Assembly: GCA_038087875.1 (NCBI GenBank) | Contig: JAXLNO010000385.1 | Span: 124,001-188,000, forward strand | DNA length: 64,000 nucleotides | From: Malacoraja senta | Taxonomy: Eukaryota | Direction of reading: 5' to 3' | In this document: positions 19,254 through 31,600 of the stretch, piece by piece | Layout of the letters: each line of letters begins with the position of its first letter | Numbering within the stretch: position 1 is the first letter of the stretch | The notes under the pieces: generated by a model | Database searches by the model: none | What the model saw: the letters and a program-made list of their open reading frames with translations, nothing else | What the model was told of the DNA's origin: nothing | Position numbers and translations under genes: made by a program

Positions 19254-22200
19254 TCAGTATCTCGTACCTGCCTTCTCTCCATACCCCCTGATCCCTTTAG
19301 CCACAAGGGCCACATCTAATTCCCTCTTAAATATAGCCAATGAACTGGCCTCAACTACCCTCTGTGGCAGAGAGTTCCAGAGATTCACCACTCTCTGTGT
19401 GAAAAAGTTTTTCCTCATCTCGGTCTTAAAGGATTTCCCCCTTATCCTTAAGCTGTGACCCCTTGTCCTGGACTTCCCCAACATCGGGAACAATCTTCCT
19501 GCATCTAGCCTGTCCAACCCCATAAGAATCTTGTACGTTTCTATAAGATCCCCTCTCAATCTCCTAAATTCTAGCGAGTATAAGCCAAGTCTATCCAGTC
19601 TTTCTTCATATGAAAGTCCTGACATCCCAGGAATCAGTCTGGTGAACCTTCTCTGCACTCCCTCTATGGCTATAATGTCCTTCCTCAGATTTGGAGACCA
19701 AAACTGTACGCAATACTCCAGGTGTGGTCTCACCAAGACCCTGTACAACTGCAGTAGAACCTCGCTGCTCCTATACTCAAATCCTCTTGCTATGAAGGCC
19801 AACATACCATTCGCTTTCTTCACTGCCTGCTGCACCTGCATGCCTACTTTCAATGACTGGTGTACCATGACCCCCAGGTCTCGCTGCATCTCCCCATTTC
19901 CTAATCGGCCACCATTTAGATAATAGTCTGCCTTCCCGTTTTTGCTACCAACGTGGATAACCTCACATTTATCCACATTATACTGCATCTGCCAAACATT
20001 TGCCCACTCACCCAGCCTATCCAAGTCACCTTGCAGTCTCCTAGCATCCTCCTCACAGCTAACACTGCCCCCCAGCTTAGTGTCATCCGCAAACTTGGAG
20101 ATGTTGCTTTCAATTCCCTCGTCCAGATCATTAATATAAATTGTAAATAGCTGGGGTCCCAGCACTGAGCCTTGTGGTACCCCACTAGTCACTGCCTGCC
20201 ATTGTGAAAAGGACCCGTTTACTCCTACTCTTTGCTTCCTGTTTGCCAGCCAGTTCTCTATCCACATCAATACTGAACCCCCAATACCGTGTGATTTAAG
20301 TTTGTATCCTAATCTCTTATGTGGTACCTTGTCGAAAGCCTTCTGAAAGTCCAGATACAGCACATCCACTGGTTCTCCCCTATCCACTCTACTAGTTACA
20401 TCCTCGAAAAATTCTATAAGATTCGTCAGACACGATTTACCTTTCGTAAATCCATGCTGACTTTGTCCAATGATTTCACCACTTTCCAAATGTGCTGCTA
20501 TCCCATCTTTAATAACTGACTCTAGCAGTTTCCCCACTACCGATGTTAGACTAACTGGTCTGTAATTCCCCGTTTTCTCTCTCCCTCCCTTCTTAAAAAG
20601 TGGGGTTACGTTTGCTACCCTCCAATCCTCAGGAACTACTCCAGAATCTAAAGAGTTTTGAAAAATTATCACTAATGCATCCACTATTTCTGGAGCTACT
20701 TCCTTAAGTACTCTGGGATGCAGCCTATCTGGCCCTGGTGATTTATCGGCCTTTAATCCATTCAATTTACCCAACACCACTTCCCGACTAACCTGGATTT
20801 CACTCAGTTCCTCCATCTCCTTTGACCCGCGGCCCCCTGCTATTTCCGGCAGATTATTTATGTCTTCCTTAGTGAAGACGGAACCAAAGTAGTTATTCAA
20901 TTGGTCTGCCATATCCTTGTTCCCCATGATCAATTCACCTGTTTCTGACTGCAAGGGACCTACATTTGATTTAACTAATCTCTTTCTCTTCACATATCTA
21001 TAAAAACTTTTGCAGTCAGTTTTTATGTTCCCTGCCAGTTTCCTTTCATAATCTATTTTCCCTTTCCTAATTAAGCCCTTTGTCCTCCTCTGCTGGTCTC
21101 TGAATTTCTCCCAGTCCTCTGGTATGCTGCTTTTTCTGGCTAATTTGTACGCATCATCTTTTGCTTTGATACTATCCCTGATTTCCCTTGTTATCCACGG
21201 ATGCACTACCTTCCTTGATTTATTCTTTTGCCAAACTGGGATGAACAATTTTTGTAGTTCATCCATGCAGTCTTTAAATGCCTTCCATTGCATATCCACC
21301 GTCAACCCTTTTAGAACTAATTGCCAGTCAATTTTGGCCAATTCACGTCTCATACCCTCAAAGTTACCTTTCTTTAAGTTCAGAACCGTTGTTTCTGAAT
21401 TAACAATGTCACTCTCCATCCTAATGAAGAACTCAACCATATTATGATCACTCTTGCCCAAGGGGGCACGCACAACAAGTCTGCTAACTAACCCTTCCTC
21501 ATTACTCAATACCCAGTCTAGAATAGCCTGCTCTCTCGTTGGTTCCTCTACATGTTGGTTTAGATAACTATCCCTCATACATTCCAAGAAATCCTCTTCC
21601 TCAGCACCCCTGCCAATTTGATTCACCCAATCTATATGTAGATTGAAGTCACACATTATAACTGTTTTGCCTTTGTTGCACGCATTTCTAATTTCCTGTT
21701 TGATGCCATCCCCAACTTCACTACTACTGCTAGGTGGCCTGTACACAACGCCCACCAGCGTTTTCTGCCCCTTAGTGTTTCGCAGCTCTACCCATACCGA
21801 TTCCACATCCTCCAAGCTAATGTCCTTCCTTTCCACTGCGTTAATCTCCTCTCTAACCAGCAACGCCACCCCACCTCCTTTTTCTTTCTCTCTATCCCTC
21901 CTGAATATTGAATATCCCTGGATGTTCAGCTCCCAGCCTTGGTCACCTTGGAGCCATGTCTCCGTGATCCCAACTATATCATAATCATTAATTGCTATCT
22001 GCACGTTCAACTCATCCACCTTATTACGAATGCTCCTTGCATTGAGACACAAAGCCTTCAGGCTTGTTTTTACAACGCTCTTACCCCTTATACAATTATG
22101 TTGAAAAGTGGCTCTTTTTGATTTTTGCCCTGGATTTGTCTGCCTGCCACTTTTACCTTTCACCTTGCTACCTATTGCTTCCGCCCGCATTTTCCACCCC

Positions 22201-22373
22201 TCTGTTTCTCTGCTCACCCATTTAAGAACCCCACCACCTCTTATTCTCTGTTTATTATTGTTTTCTTCTATCCCCCCTACATGTTGGGTCTGAGTGCTTT
22301 CCTTCTCTGCCTCCTGCCTCACACACTGTCTAATAGCATTCTCTATTTGAGTCCCTCCCCCCAACCATTCTAG
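19254..22373 (-). CDS. CR1 ORF2: APE endonuclease + reverse transcriptase (1039 codons from the ORF1 junction; true start uncertain)
   Basis: LCLNARS, GITETW, VYRPP, CDFN (usually GDFN), SDH; RT motifs [33 protein letters not shown]; no stops. Confidence 0.95.
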   Translation of the reverse strand, partial: LEWLGGGTQIENAIRQCVRQEAEKESTQTQHVGGIEENNNKQRIRGGGVLKWVSRETEGWKMRAEAIGSKVKGKSGRQTNPGQKSKRATFQHNCIRGKSVVKTSLKALCLNARSIRNKVDELNVQIAINDYDIVGITETWLQGDQGWELNIQGYSIFRRDREKEKGGGVALLVREEINAVERKDISLEDVESVWVELRNTKGQKTLVGVVYRPPSSSSEVGDGIKQEIRNACNKGKTVIMCDFNLHIDWVNQIGRGAEEEDFLECMRDSYLNQHVEEPTREQAILDWVLSNEEGLVSRLVVRAPLGKSDHNMVEFFIRMESDIVNSETTVLNLKKGNFEGMRRELAKIDWQLVLKGLTVDMQWKAFKDCMDELQKLFIPVWQKNKSRKVVHPWITREIRDSIKAKDDAYKLARKSSIPEDWEKFRDQQRRTKGLIRKGKIDYERKLAGNIKTDCKSFYRYVKRKRLVKSNVGPLQSETGELIMGNKDMADQLNNYFGSVFTKEDINNLPEIAGGRGSKEMEELSEIQVSREVVLGKLNGLKADKSPGPDRLHPRVLKEVAPEIVDALVIIFQNSLDSGVVPEDWRVANVTPLFKKGGREKTGNYRPVSLTSVVGKLLESVIKDGIAAHLESGEIIGQSQHGFTKGKSCLTNLIEFFEDVTSRVDRGEPVDVLYLDFQKAFDKVPHKRLGYKLKSHGIGGSVLMWIENWLANRKQRVGVNGSFSQWQAVTSGVPQGSVLGPQLFTIYINDLDEGIESNISKFADDTKLGGSVSCEEDARRLQGDLDRLGEWANVWQMQYNVDKCEVIHVGSKNGKADYYLNGGRLGNGEMQRDLGVMVHQSLKVGMQVQQAVKKANGMLAFIARGFEYRSSEVLLQLYRVLVRPHLEYCVQFWSPNLRKDIIAIEGVQRRFTRLIPGMSGLSYEERLDRLGLYSLEFRRLRGDLIETYKILMGLDRLDAGRLFPMLGKSRTRGHSLRIRGKSFKTEMRKNFFTQRVVNLWNSLPQRVVEASSLAIFKRELDVALVAKGIRGYGEKAGTRY

Positions 22374-22923
22374 TTTAAAGTCTCCCCAGTAGCCTTTGCA
22401 GATCTCCCCGCCAGGATATCGGTCCCCCTCAGGTTCAAGTGCAACCCATCCTTTTTGTACAGGTCGAACCTTCCACAAAAGAAGTCCCAATGATCCAGAA
22501 ATTTGAATCCCTGCCTTCTGCACCAGTCCTTCAGCCACGCATTTATCCTCCACCTCGCTCCATTCCTACTCTCACTGTCGCGTGGTACAGGCAGTAATCC
22601 CGAGATTGTTACCTTTGCTGTCCTTCTCTTTAACTCCCCTCCTAACTCCCTAAATTCTCCTTTCAGGACCTCTTCTCTTTTTTTACCTATGTCATTGGTA
22701 CCTATATGTATCACGACCTCGGGCTCCTCTCCCTGCCCTTTCAGGATGTCTTGGACACGTTGGGACACATCACAGACCCTGGCACCAGGGAGGCAAACTA
22801 CCATCCGGGTCTCCCGACTGCGTCCACAGAATCGCCTGTCTGACCCCCTAACTATAGAGTCCCCTATTAATATTGCCCTCCTCTTCTTTTCCTTACCCTT
22901 CTGAGCAACAGGACCGGTCTCTA
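22370..22923 (-). CDS. CR1 ORF1 C-terminal SGNH/GDSL esterase-like domain (5'-truncated)
   Basis: LIGDSIVR, LPGA, IHIGTND, DGLHLN blocks typical of CR1 ORF1 esterase. Confidence 0.9.
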
Positions 22924-23879
22924 ATTTCTCTAACATGTTTCAGACTCTCCACGGAAGGAACCCAAGTTGCCATTCTCACAGCTCCTGACCAACATACCAG
23001 GGTGTGATTATCTGATACCTGCTCGCTGGTCAGGGCTCTGGCCGGCGCAATCAGTACAGACAGTGATCCAGGCCAGGATAAACAACGGGCATGACGTACA
23101 CATTGCGGCAATTCCAGTAGGAACATGGATGTCTAACCAAATTAAACAAGTGAATTATTGAAACACAAACAATGTTTGTTTAACGTCGGCACACCCGGAG
23201 TGTACGGAATGTCTCACAGCTAATGCGCGTACATGAAAACCAGAGACAAACCAAATTACCGAAAACAGCGACAGCCGCTATTGTAGGGTTATATATATCT
23301 TGAATTCGATAGATCAATGGATATCCCATAGCTAGAAGACACAATTAACTCCTGTGGCTCCGTCAGTCCGTCATCGCTGTAGCTCTGTGGCGATGCCTTC
23401 TGGTGGGCACCGAGATATATAGAGCGATAGGTCTCCAGCGACATGACCTCATACCTGCTGATTGACATTAGTGACACTCACGGAACAAACACCTTGCGCC
23501 ACAGCCATTGACTCCACCATGGGAGATGACAAGCGAATAATTTAAGGATCGAGTAAAAAAAACACGAAGCGAGTCGCTGATAAACAGAGTCTGAAGAATG
23601 GTCACTATCCGAAACGTCACCTATACACGTTCTCCAAAAATGTTGCCTGTCCCTCTGTTACACCAGCACTTTGTGTATTTTTCACTGAAAACAAGAATTT
23701 ATGCTTTCCAATGAAAGAATGGTCCATGACACTGTTATTTCATTTAATGTTGGTGTGATTTCGATGGACATCTCCAGTGAACCCATCTACCATTCCAGTT
23801 TTGTTTTTTACCCCCGAAAATAAATCATAATTCATACCATGACATCACTGATATTGCAAGACAGATGCTGAAATATTTA

Positions 23880-24266
23880 TAGAAATAGAAACATGGACAA
23901 TAGGTGCAGGATGATGCCATCCGGCCCTTCGAGCCAGCACCGCCATTCATTGTGATCATGGCTGATCGTCCCCAATCACTAACCCGTGCCTGCTTTCTCC
24001 CCATATCCCTTGATTCCACTGGCCCCTCGAGCTCTATCTAACTCTCTCTTAAATCCATCCGGTGATTTGGCCTCCACTGCCCTCTGTGACAGGGAATTCC
24101 ACAAATTCACAACTCCCTGGGTGAGAAAGTTTTTTCTCAGTTTTAAATGGCCTCACCTTTATTCTAAGACTGTGGCCGCTGGTTCTGGACTCGCCCAACA
24201 TAGGGAATATTTTTCCTGCATCTAGTTTGTCCAGTCCTTTTATAATGGTATATGTTTCTATAAGAA
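23880..24266 (-). mobile_element. CR1 3' fragment (mirror 58108-58497)
   Basis: LIETY..GLDKLDAG..GHSLRIK and 3' tail. Confidence 0.9.
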
Positions 24267-24464
24267 ATTTCTGTATCCTTTGCTCAGTCGGACTGTGCAC
24301 AGTTTGACCGTGTGCTATGTTTAGCTCAATGATGACTTCCATCCGTAATCTGCCAGCCGCCCCCCACCCCCCGAGCACACTGTGAGACATGGCATGTGTA
24401 ATTTCAATGTGATTTGGTTTAAGTTGGATACAGCGTGGGAAAGAGGATCTTAGGCCACTCAGAG

Positions 24465-24580
24465 GAAACTCACGCGGTCACAGGGCGAATGTGCACACTT
24501 ACACACAGAGAGCAGACGAGGGCAGGATAGAACCCTGGTCCCTGGCGTTTTGTAGCAGCAGTGCAACCAATGTGCCGCCC
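24465..24580 (-). mobile_element. Degenerate tRNA-derived SINE 5' part (mirror ~57784-57900)
   Basis: Resembles the SINE at 63662 (gggcggcac..ggttg, gggttctatcc B-box-like). Confidence 0.6.
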
Positions 24581-24856
24581 TTGGTGTGATACAGCGTGGA
24601 AACAGGCCCTTCGGCCCAACGTCCAAACCGACCAACGTGTCCCAGTTGCACTAGTCCCTGGCGTCTGGTCCATATCCCTCCAAACCCGTCCTCTCGGTGT
24701 AACCTTGTAGCTGTTTCTTAAACTTTGTGATAATCCCAACCTTAACTATCTCCTCTGGCAGCTAGTTCCATACACCCACCACCCTCTGTGTGGAAACGTT
24801 ACTCCTAGATTCCTATTAACACTTTTTGTCCTTCACCTTGCATCAACGTCGTCTGG

Positions 24857-25169
24857 TCAGGCAAACGCCTCCGTTGCCTTGCTGTGAAAACGGAGAGGAT
24901 GAGAAGGAATTTCTTCCCAGATGCCATTAGGACTGTAAACTCCTATCTCACCAGGGACTAACTTTACTGAACCATTTTACTGTTGTGTGGTGTCTTTTTA
25001 AAAATTGCTATTTTTCTTTTTTTCTCCCACAAATATGTAATATGTGAATATGTGATTCTGTCCATTCTGTTTTGTAGTTTTTTGCACAATCCGCGAGCAT
25101 TGCCACTTTCCATGTCACTGCACATCTCGTATGTGTATGTGACGAATATACTTGACTTGACTTGACTTG
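24857..25169 (+). mobile_element. Rex1/Babar-like LINE 3' end (mirror ~57193-57510)
   Basis: Encodes ERMRRNFFPDAIRTVN-like C-terminus; (CTTGA)n tail. Confidence 0.6.
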
Positions 25170-25772
25170 GTCCTCGATTGACCTACTCCGACCAATCTAT
25201 AGGGAGGTTGCACGGCAGTCGGGGTCACGACCCGTGACCTATACTGTTGCCACGCAAAGCCAACTGGAGTACATGCGGTGAACGTCGGGTAAGCACTTAC
25301 CACGGCTTCCAGTGCAACGGGCCCGTATTCTGTCCCACCATTCGGACTCCACGCTGACTGGTTCCACACTCACGTACCCCGGGCCGTCTATCCCCGCGGC
25401 TGGGGGTCTGGGGGTGTTCGGGGGAGGGGGGGTGGTGTCCGGTGCCGGTGCAGCGCGGTCAGTGAATCTGGGTGGACGGAGGGACCAGACTGTCCCCAAC
25501 TCTGCTGCAGCTGACGGGGATGTAGCCGGGTGGTCGATGGGGGGATGTGGTCGGTGGGGGGCGGTGGGTCAGTGACTCTGGGTGGGCGGAGGGACCAGAA
25601 TGTCCCCAACTCTGCTGCAGCTGACGGGGACGTTGCCGGGTTTTCGTCCCCGTGTGTCCGCTGCCCAGAGGCGCGGCCCTGTCCACCCGGCCCCGTGTGT
25701 GTGGGCGCTGCCGACCCACAGCCTATGACAGTGCGGCCGCCCAGGGGGAGACTGGGGCGGAGGGCGGCCGTG

Positions 25773-26539
<767 letters not shown>

Positions 26540-26550
<11 letters not shown>

Positions 26551-28284
26551 TTCGATACTCAACTAAAACTCATCTTGTCCTCTTCCGGATTGCGCTTTAT
26601 TTATATTTGCGCAAAGACGGTCCCCGATAACGCTGCGACCCCCCCCACCCCCCCGCCTTACTCGCCGTTCCCCTGTGCCACAAGCGCACTAAGGTTTCTT
26701 CCGATCGGTGGAATATTACAAAAGTTACGAATGTTTAAAAATTGTAATATCAGCATATTGGTCATCTCTCCTGTCAAACGCCGGGACGACCACGCCCCTT
26801 CCGGCACCCGCTGTCAATCACCGGGGTAAGGAGAATAAAGCAACGGAGCCCCGCGGCCCTGAGCCCCGCGGTCGTCCTGAATCCGTCCTGAATCCGTCCT
26901 GAATCCGTCCCGAATCCGTCCTGAATCCGTCCCGAATCCGTCCCGCCGCGAAGCCATCCCGCCGCGAAGCCATCTGGAAGCCAGTGAGCCCCGAAGACGT
27001 CCCGAAGCCGGTGAGCCCCGAAGCCGCCCCAAAGCCGCCCCAAAGCCGTCCCGAAGTCGGTGAGGCCGGAGCCGTCCCGAAGCCGGTGAGCCCCGCAGCC
27101 GCTGGGGAGCCTAGGAGCCGCCCCGAGTCGAGGAACCCAGGAGGCGGCCCGGAGTGGGGAGCGGTCCGGAGCCTGGCCGAATGCTGCAACCTCCAGATCC
27201 TGCGGAAGTAAGGAGTGAGTGTGGGGGGATTGAGGGAGCCGGGCGCTGGCGGGAGCCGGGCGCTGGCGGGGGCCGGGGCACAGCTCCACCGCACACACAT
27301 CCACGCACACCCCTCCCCTAGCACACACCCCTCCCCAAACGTAGGCCACGGTAGCGCCGCCCCCCCGGCCCCCACCTGAAACCGTCGCCCTCCCCGTCCC
27401 CAGCTGCAGGACTAGCCCAAGAAAAGTCTATTCGGCCCACAATGCCTGTACTAGCCCTCCGGCCCCCACCTGAAACCGTCGCCCTCCCCGTGCCCAGCTG
27501 CAGGATGCTCGCCCCCCCCCCACTGGCCCACACAACCCCCGCCTGAAGCTGTCCTTGTCCCCCTGCTTCAAGACCCCCCCGCCAACCGGCCGCGACGAAC
27601 CCCGCCTGAAGCCGTCCCCGTCCCCCTGCTGCAAGATCATCCCCGGAACCGGCCACGACAGCCCCCGCCTGAAGCCGTCCCCCCCTCCGGGCTGCCGCAT
27701 GCTCCGCTCTCCACCACCGGCTCCGACAGCCCCCGTCTGAAGCCCTACCCCCACCCAACTGCACTAGACAGCCGCCGCCTGAAGCCGTGCCACTCCCCCA
27801 GCTGTTGGACGCTCCCCCCCGTTAGGCCCCTCCTGAAGCCGTCCCAATCCCCCGGCTGCAGGATGAGACTCCCCGGCTGCATGTCGCTCGCAACCCCCCC
27901 CCCAACCGGCCCCCGACAGCCCCCGACTGAAGCCGACCTCGTCCCCGGTTACAGGACGCTCCCGCTGCCCCCCCAACTGAAGCTGTCCCCTTCCTCCAGC
28001 GACAGGACGCTCCCAACAGCCCCCGCCTGAAGCCGTCCCCGTCCCCAGCTGCAGGACACTTCCCCCCCTCCGCCCCCACCGGCCCCCGCCTGAAGCCGTC
28101 GGTCTCCCCAGCTGCAGGATGCACCCTACAGGCCCCCTCCTGTAGCCGGTGGGGAGCGGTAGCGGAAGGGCACGGCAGCGGAAGGCCACGGCAGCTGTAG
28201 GTCACGGCAGCGGCAGGCAGCGGAATACCACGGCAGCGGTAGCGGTTGGCCACGGCAGCGGTAGGTCACGGCAGCGCTACCTAG
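26540..28284 (+). mobile_element. GC-rich non-autonomous Helitron-like element with internal ~55-60 bp minisatellite
   Basis: 5' TCTATC...ACTAAAACTC; 3' GGTAG..CTACC stem then CTAG followed by T; no TIR or TSD; repeated cccccgcctgaagccgtccc..ctgcagga units. Confidence 0.65.
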
Positions 28285-28285
28285 T

Positions 28286-28675
28286 TTCAATTACAGACGA
28301 ATATGCGATTGAGAGAGGGAAAAGGCGACTATTCTCATTTGTGTTGAAAGTTGGAGAAGACGAGATTTGAAAGAATGAAGACGATGAAATTGTAACGCCA
28401 GAAAACATGGTTCTATCAGCAAAAACATTGTATTGATTTCATCTATCCCGCATTTGACAATCCTGTAGAATTATTCTCCGACAATTGTATCTTGGTTCCG
28501 CACAACGATACGATGAGAAGCATCAATTCTCCATGTATCAGATGCTTCCCTGGAATTAATAAGGAGTACTTTTCAATCAATGGTGTCACTGAGGGAACTA
28601 ATGCTTCCCAACAGCTTTCCTTGATTCACTCGACATCTATTGATTATCATCACAAATTGGAATTGAATAAAGGAT
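28286..28675 (+). pseudogene. Helitron RepHel Pif1-family helicase relic
   Basis: Across frameshifts reads QLQTNMR..FVLKVGED..IDFIYP..ILVPHN..IN..FPG..EYFS..HKLELNKG, the usual motif order of Helitron helicases. Confidence 0.75.
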
Positions 28676-31600
28676 CATTGGGACCTCTTTCGGGGAAGGT
28701 GTGACCTGTACAGAAAGGACGGGTTGCACTTGAACCCGAGGGGGACAAATATCCTGGCGGGGAGATTTGCAAAGGCTACTAGGGAGACTCTAAACAAGAA
28801 CGGTTGGGGGGAGGGACCCAAATAGAGAAAGCTAGTAGAAAATGTGGGAGGCAGGAGGCAGAGAAGGGAAGCACTCGGACCCAAAATGTAGGGGAGAAAG
28901 AAGAAAAAGATAATAAACAGAGAATAAGTGGTGGTGGGTTTCTTAAATGTGTATATTTTAATGCTAGGAGCATTGTAAGAAAGGTGGATGAGCTTAGAGC
29001 CTGGATTAACACCTGGAAGTATGATGTTGTGGCGATCAGTGATACATGGTTGCAGGAGGGCTGTGATTGGAGACTAAATATTCCAGGATTTCGTTGCTTC
29101 AGGGGTGATAGAATTGGAGGGGCAAGAGGTGGGGGTGTTGCATTGCTTGTCAAGGAAGATATTACAGCAGTGCTTTGGCAGGATAGATTAGAGGGCTCGT
29201 CTAGGGAGGCTATTTGGGTGGAACTGAGAAATGGTAAAGGTGTAGCAACACTTATAGGGGTGTATTATAGACCGCCAAATGGGGAGCGAGAATTGGAAGA
29301 GCAAATATGTAAGGAGATGGCAGATATTAGTAGCAAGCACAAGGTAGTGATTGTGGGAGATTTCAATTTTCCACACATAGACTGGGAAACACATTCTGTA
29401 AAAGGGCTGGATTGTTTGGAGTTTGTAAAATGTGTGCAGGATAGTTTTTTGCAGCAATACATAGAGGTACCTACTAGAGAAGGGGCAGTCCTGGACCTCC
29501 TTTTAGGAAATGAGACAGGGCAGGTGGCGGAGGTAAGCGTTGGGGAGCACTTCGGGTCCAGTGATCACAATACCATTAGTTTCAATATAATTATGGAGAG
29601 GGTCAGAACTGGACCTAGGGTTGAGATTTTTGATTGGAGAAAGGCTAATTTTGAGGAGATGCGAAAGGATTTAAAAGGAGTGAATTGGGACATGTTGTTT
29701 TATGGGAAGGATGTAGAAGAGAAATGGAGGGCATTTAAGGGTGAAATTTTAAGAGTACAGAATCTTTATGTCCCTGTTCGGTTGAAAGAAAATAGTAAAA
29801 ATTGGAAAGAGCCATGGTTTTCAAGGTAAATTGGACACTTGGTTCGGAAAAAGAGAGAGATCTACAATAATTATAGGCAGCATGGAGTAAATGAGGTGCT
29901 TGAGGAGTATGAAGAATGTAAAAAGAATATTAAGAAAGAAATTAGAAAAGCTAAAAGAAGATATGAGGTGAGTAAGGTGAAGGTAAATCCAAAGGGTTTC
30001 TACAGCTATATGAATAGCAAAAGGATAACAAGGAATAAAATTGGTCCATTAGAGAGTCAGAGTGGACAGCTATCTGCAGAGCCAAACGAGATGGGGGAGA
30101 TATTGAACAATTTATTTTCTTCGGTATTCACCAAGGAGAATGATATGGAATTATGTGAGGTAAGGGAAACAAGCAGAGTAGCAATGGAAACTATGACATT
30201 CAAAGAAGAGGAGGTGCGGACACTTTAGAAAAATATGAAAACGGATAAGTCTCCAGGTCCTGACAGGATATTCCCGAGGACATTGAGGGAAGTTAGTGTA
30301 GAAATAGCAGGGGCTATGACAGAAATATTTCAAATGTCATTCGAAACGGGAATAGTGCCGGAAGATTGGCGTACTGCGCATGTTGTTCCGTTGTTTAAAA
30401 AGGGTTCTAAGAGTAAACCTAGCAATTATAGACCTGTCAGTTTGACGTCAGTGGTCGGCAAATTAATGGAAAGAATACTTAGAGATAATATATATATAAG
30501 CATCTGCATAAGCAGGGTCTGATTAGGAACAGTCAACATGGATTTGTGCCTGGAAGGTCATGTTTGACTAATCTTCTTGAATTTTTCGAAGAGGTTACTA
30601 GGGAAATTGATGAGGGTAAAGCAATGGGTGTTGTCTATATGGACTTCAGTAAGGCCTTTGACAAGGTTCCTCATGAAAGGTTGGTTAAGAAGATTCAATT
30701 GTTCGGTATTAATGGTGGAGTAGCAAGATGGATTCAACAGTGGCTGAATGGGAGATGCCAGAGAGTAATGGTGGATGGCTGTTTGTCAGGTTGGAGGCCG
30801 GTGACTAATGGGGTGCCTCAGGGGTCTGTGTTGGGTCGACTGTTGTTTGTCATGTACATCAATGATCTGGATGATGGTGTGGAAATTGGATTAGTAAGTA
30901 TGCAGATGATACTAAGATAGGTGGTGTTGTGGATAATGAAGTAGATTTTCAAAGTCTACAGAGAGATTTAGGCCATTTGGAAGAGTGGGCTGAAAGATGG
31001 CAGATGGAGTTTAATGTTGATAAATGTGAGGTGCTACATCTTGGCAGGACCAATCAAAATAGGACGTACATGGTAAATGGTAGCGAATTGAGGAATGCAG
31101 TTGAACAGAGGGATCTAGGAATAACTGTGCATAGTTCCCTCAAGGTGGAATCTCATGTAGATAGGGTGGTAAAGAAAGCTTTTGGTGTGCTGGCCTTTAT
31201 AAATCAGAGCATTGAGTATAGAAGTTGGGATGTAATGTTAAAATTGTACAAGGCATTGGTGAGGCCAATTCCGAAGTATGCAGTACAATTTTGGTCGCCT
31301 AATTATAGGAAGGATGTCAACAAAATTGAGAGAGTACAGAGGAGATTTACGAGAATGTTGCCTGGGTTTCAGCAACTAAATTACAGAGAAAGGCTGAACA
31401 AGTTAGGTCTTTATTCTTTGGAGCGCAGAAGGTTAAGGGGGGACTTGATATAGGTCTTTAAAATGATGAGAGGGATAGACAGCGTTGACGTGGATAAGCT
31501 TTTCCCATTGAGAGTAGGGAAGATTCAAACAAGAGGACATGACTTGAGAATTAAGGCACAGAAGTTTAGGGGTAACATTGGGGGGAACTTTTTTACTCAG

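Larger units (their letters stand above)
19151..22923 (-). mobile_element. Young 5'-truncated CR1 LINE with uninterrupted ORF2; present only in the left arm
   Basis: Partial ORF1, complete ORF2, 3' tail ending in tatg/tctatg repeats; empty site at ~59450-59480 in the right arm. Confidence 0.97.

Noticed and set aside
22374..22553. ORF-track start of the 1099-aa ORF
   Set aside because: Non-AUG start lying inside ORF1 in another frame; the first 60 residues are probably not translated.
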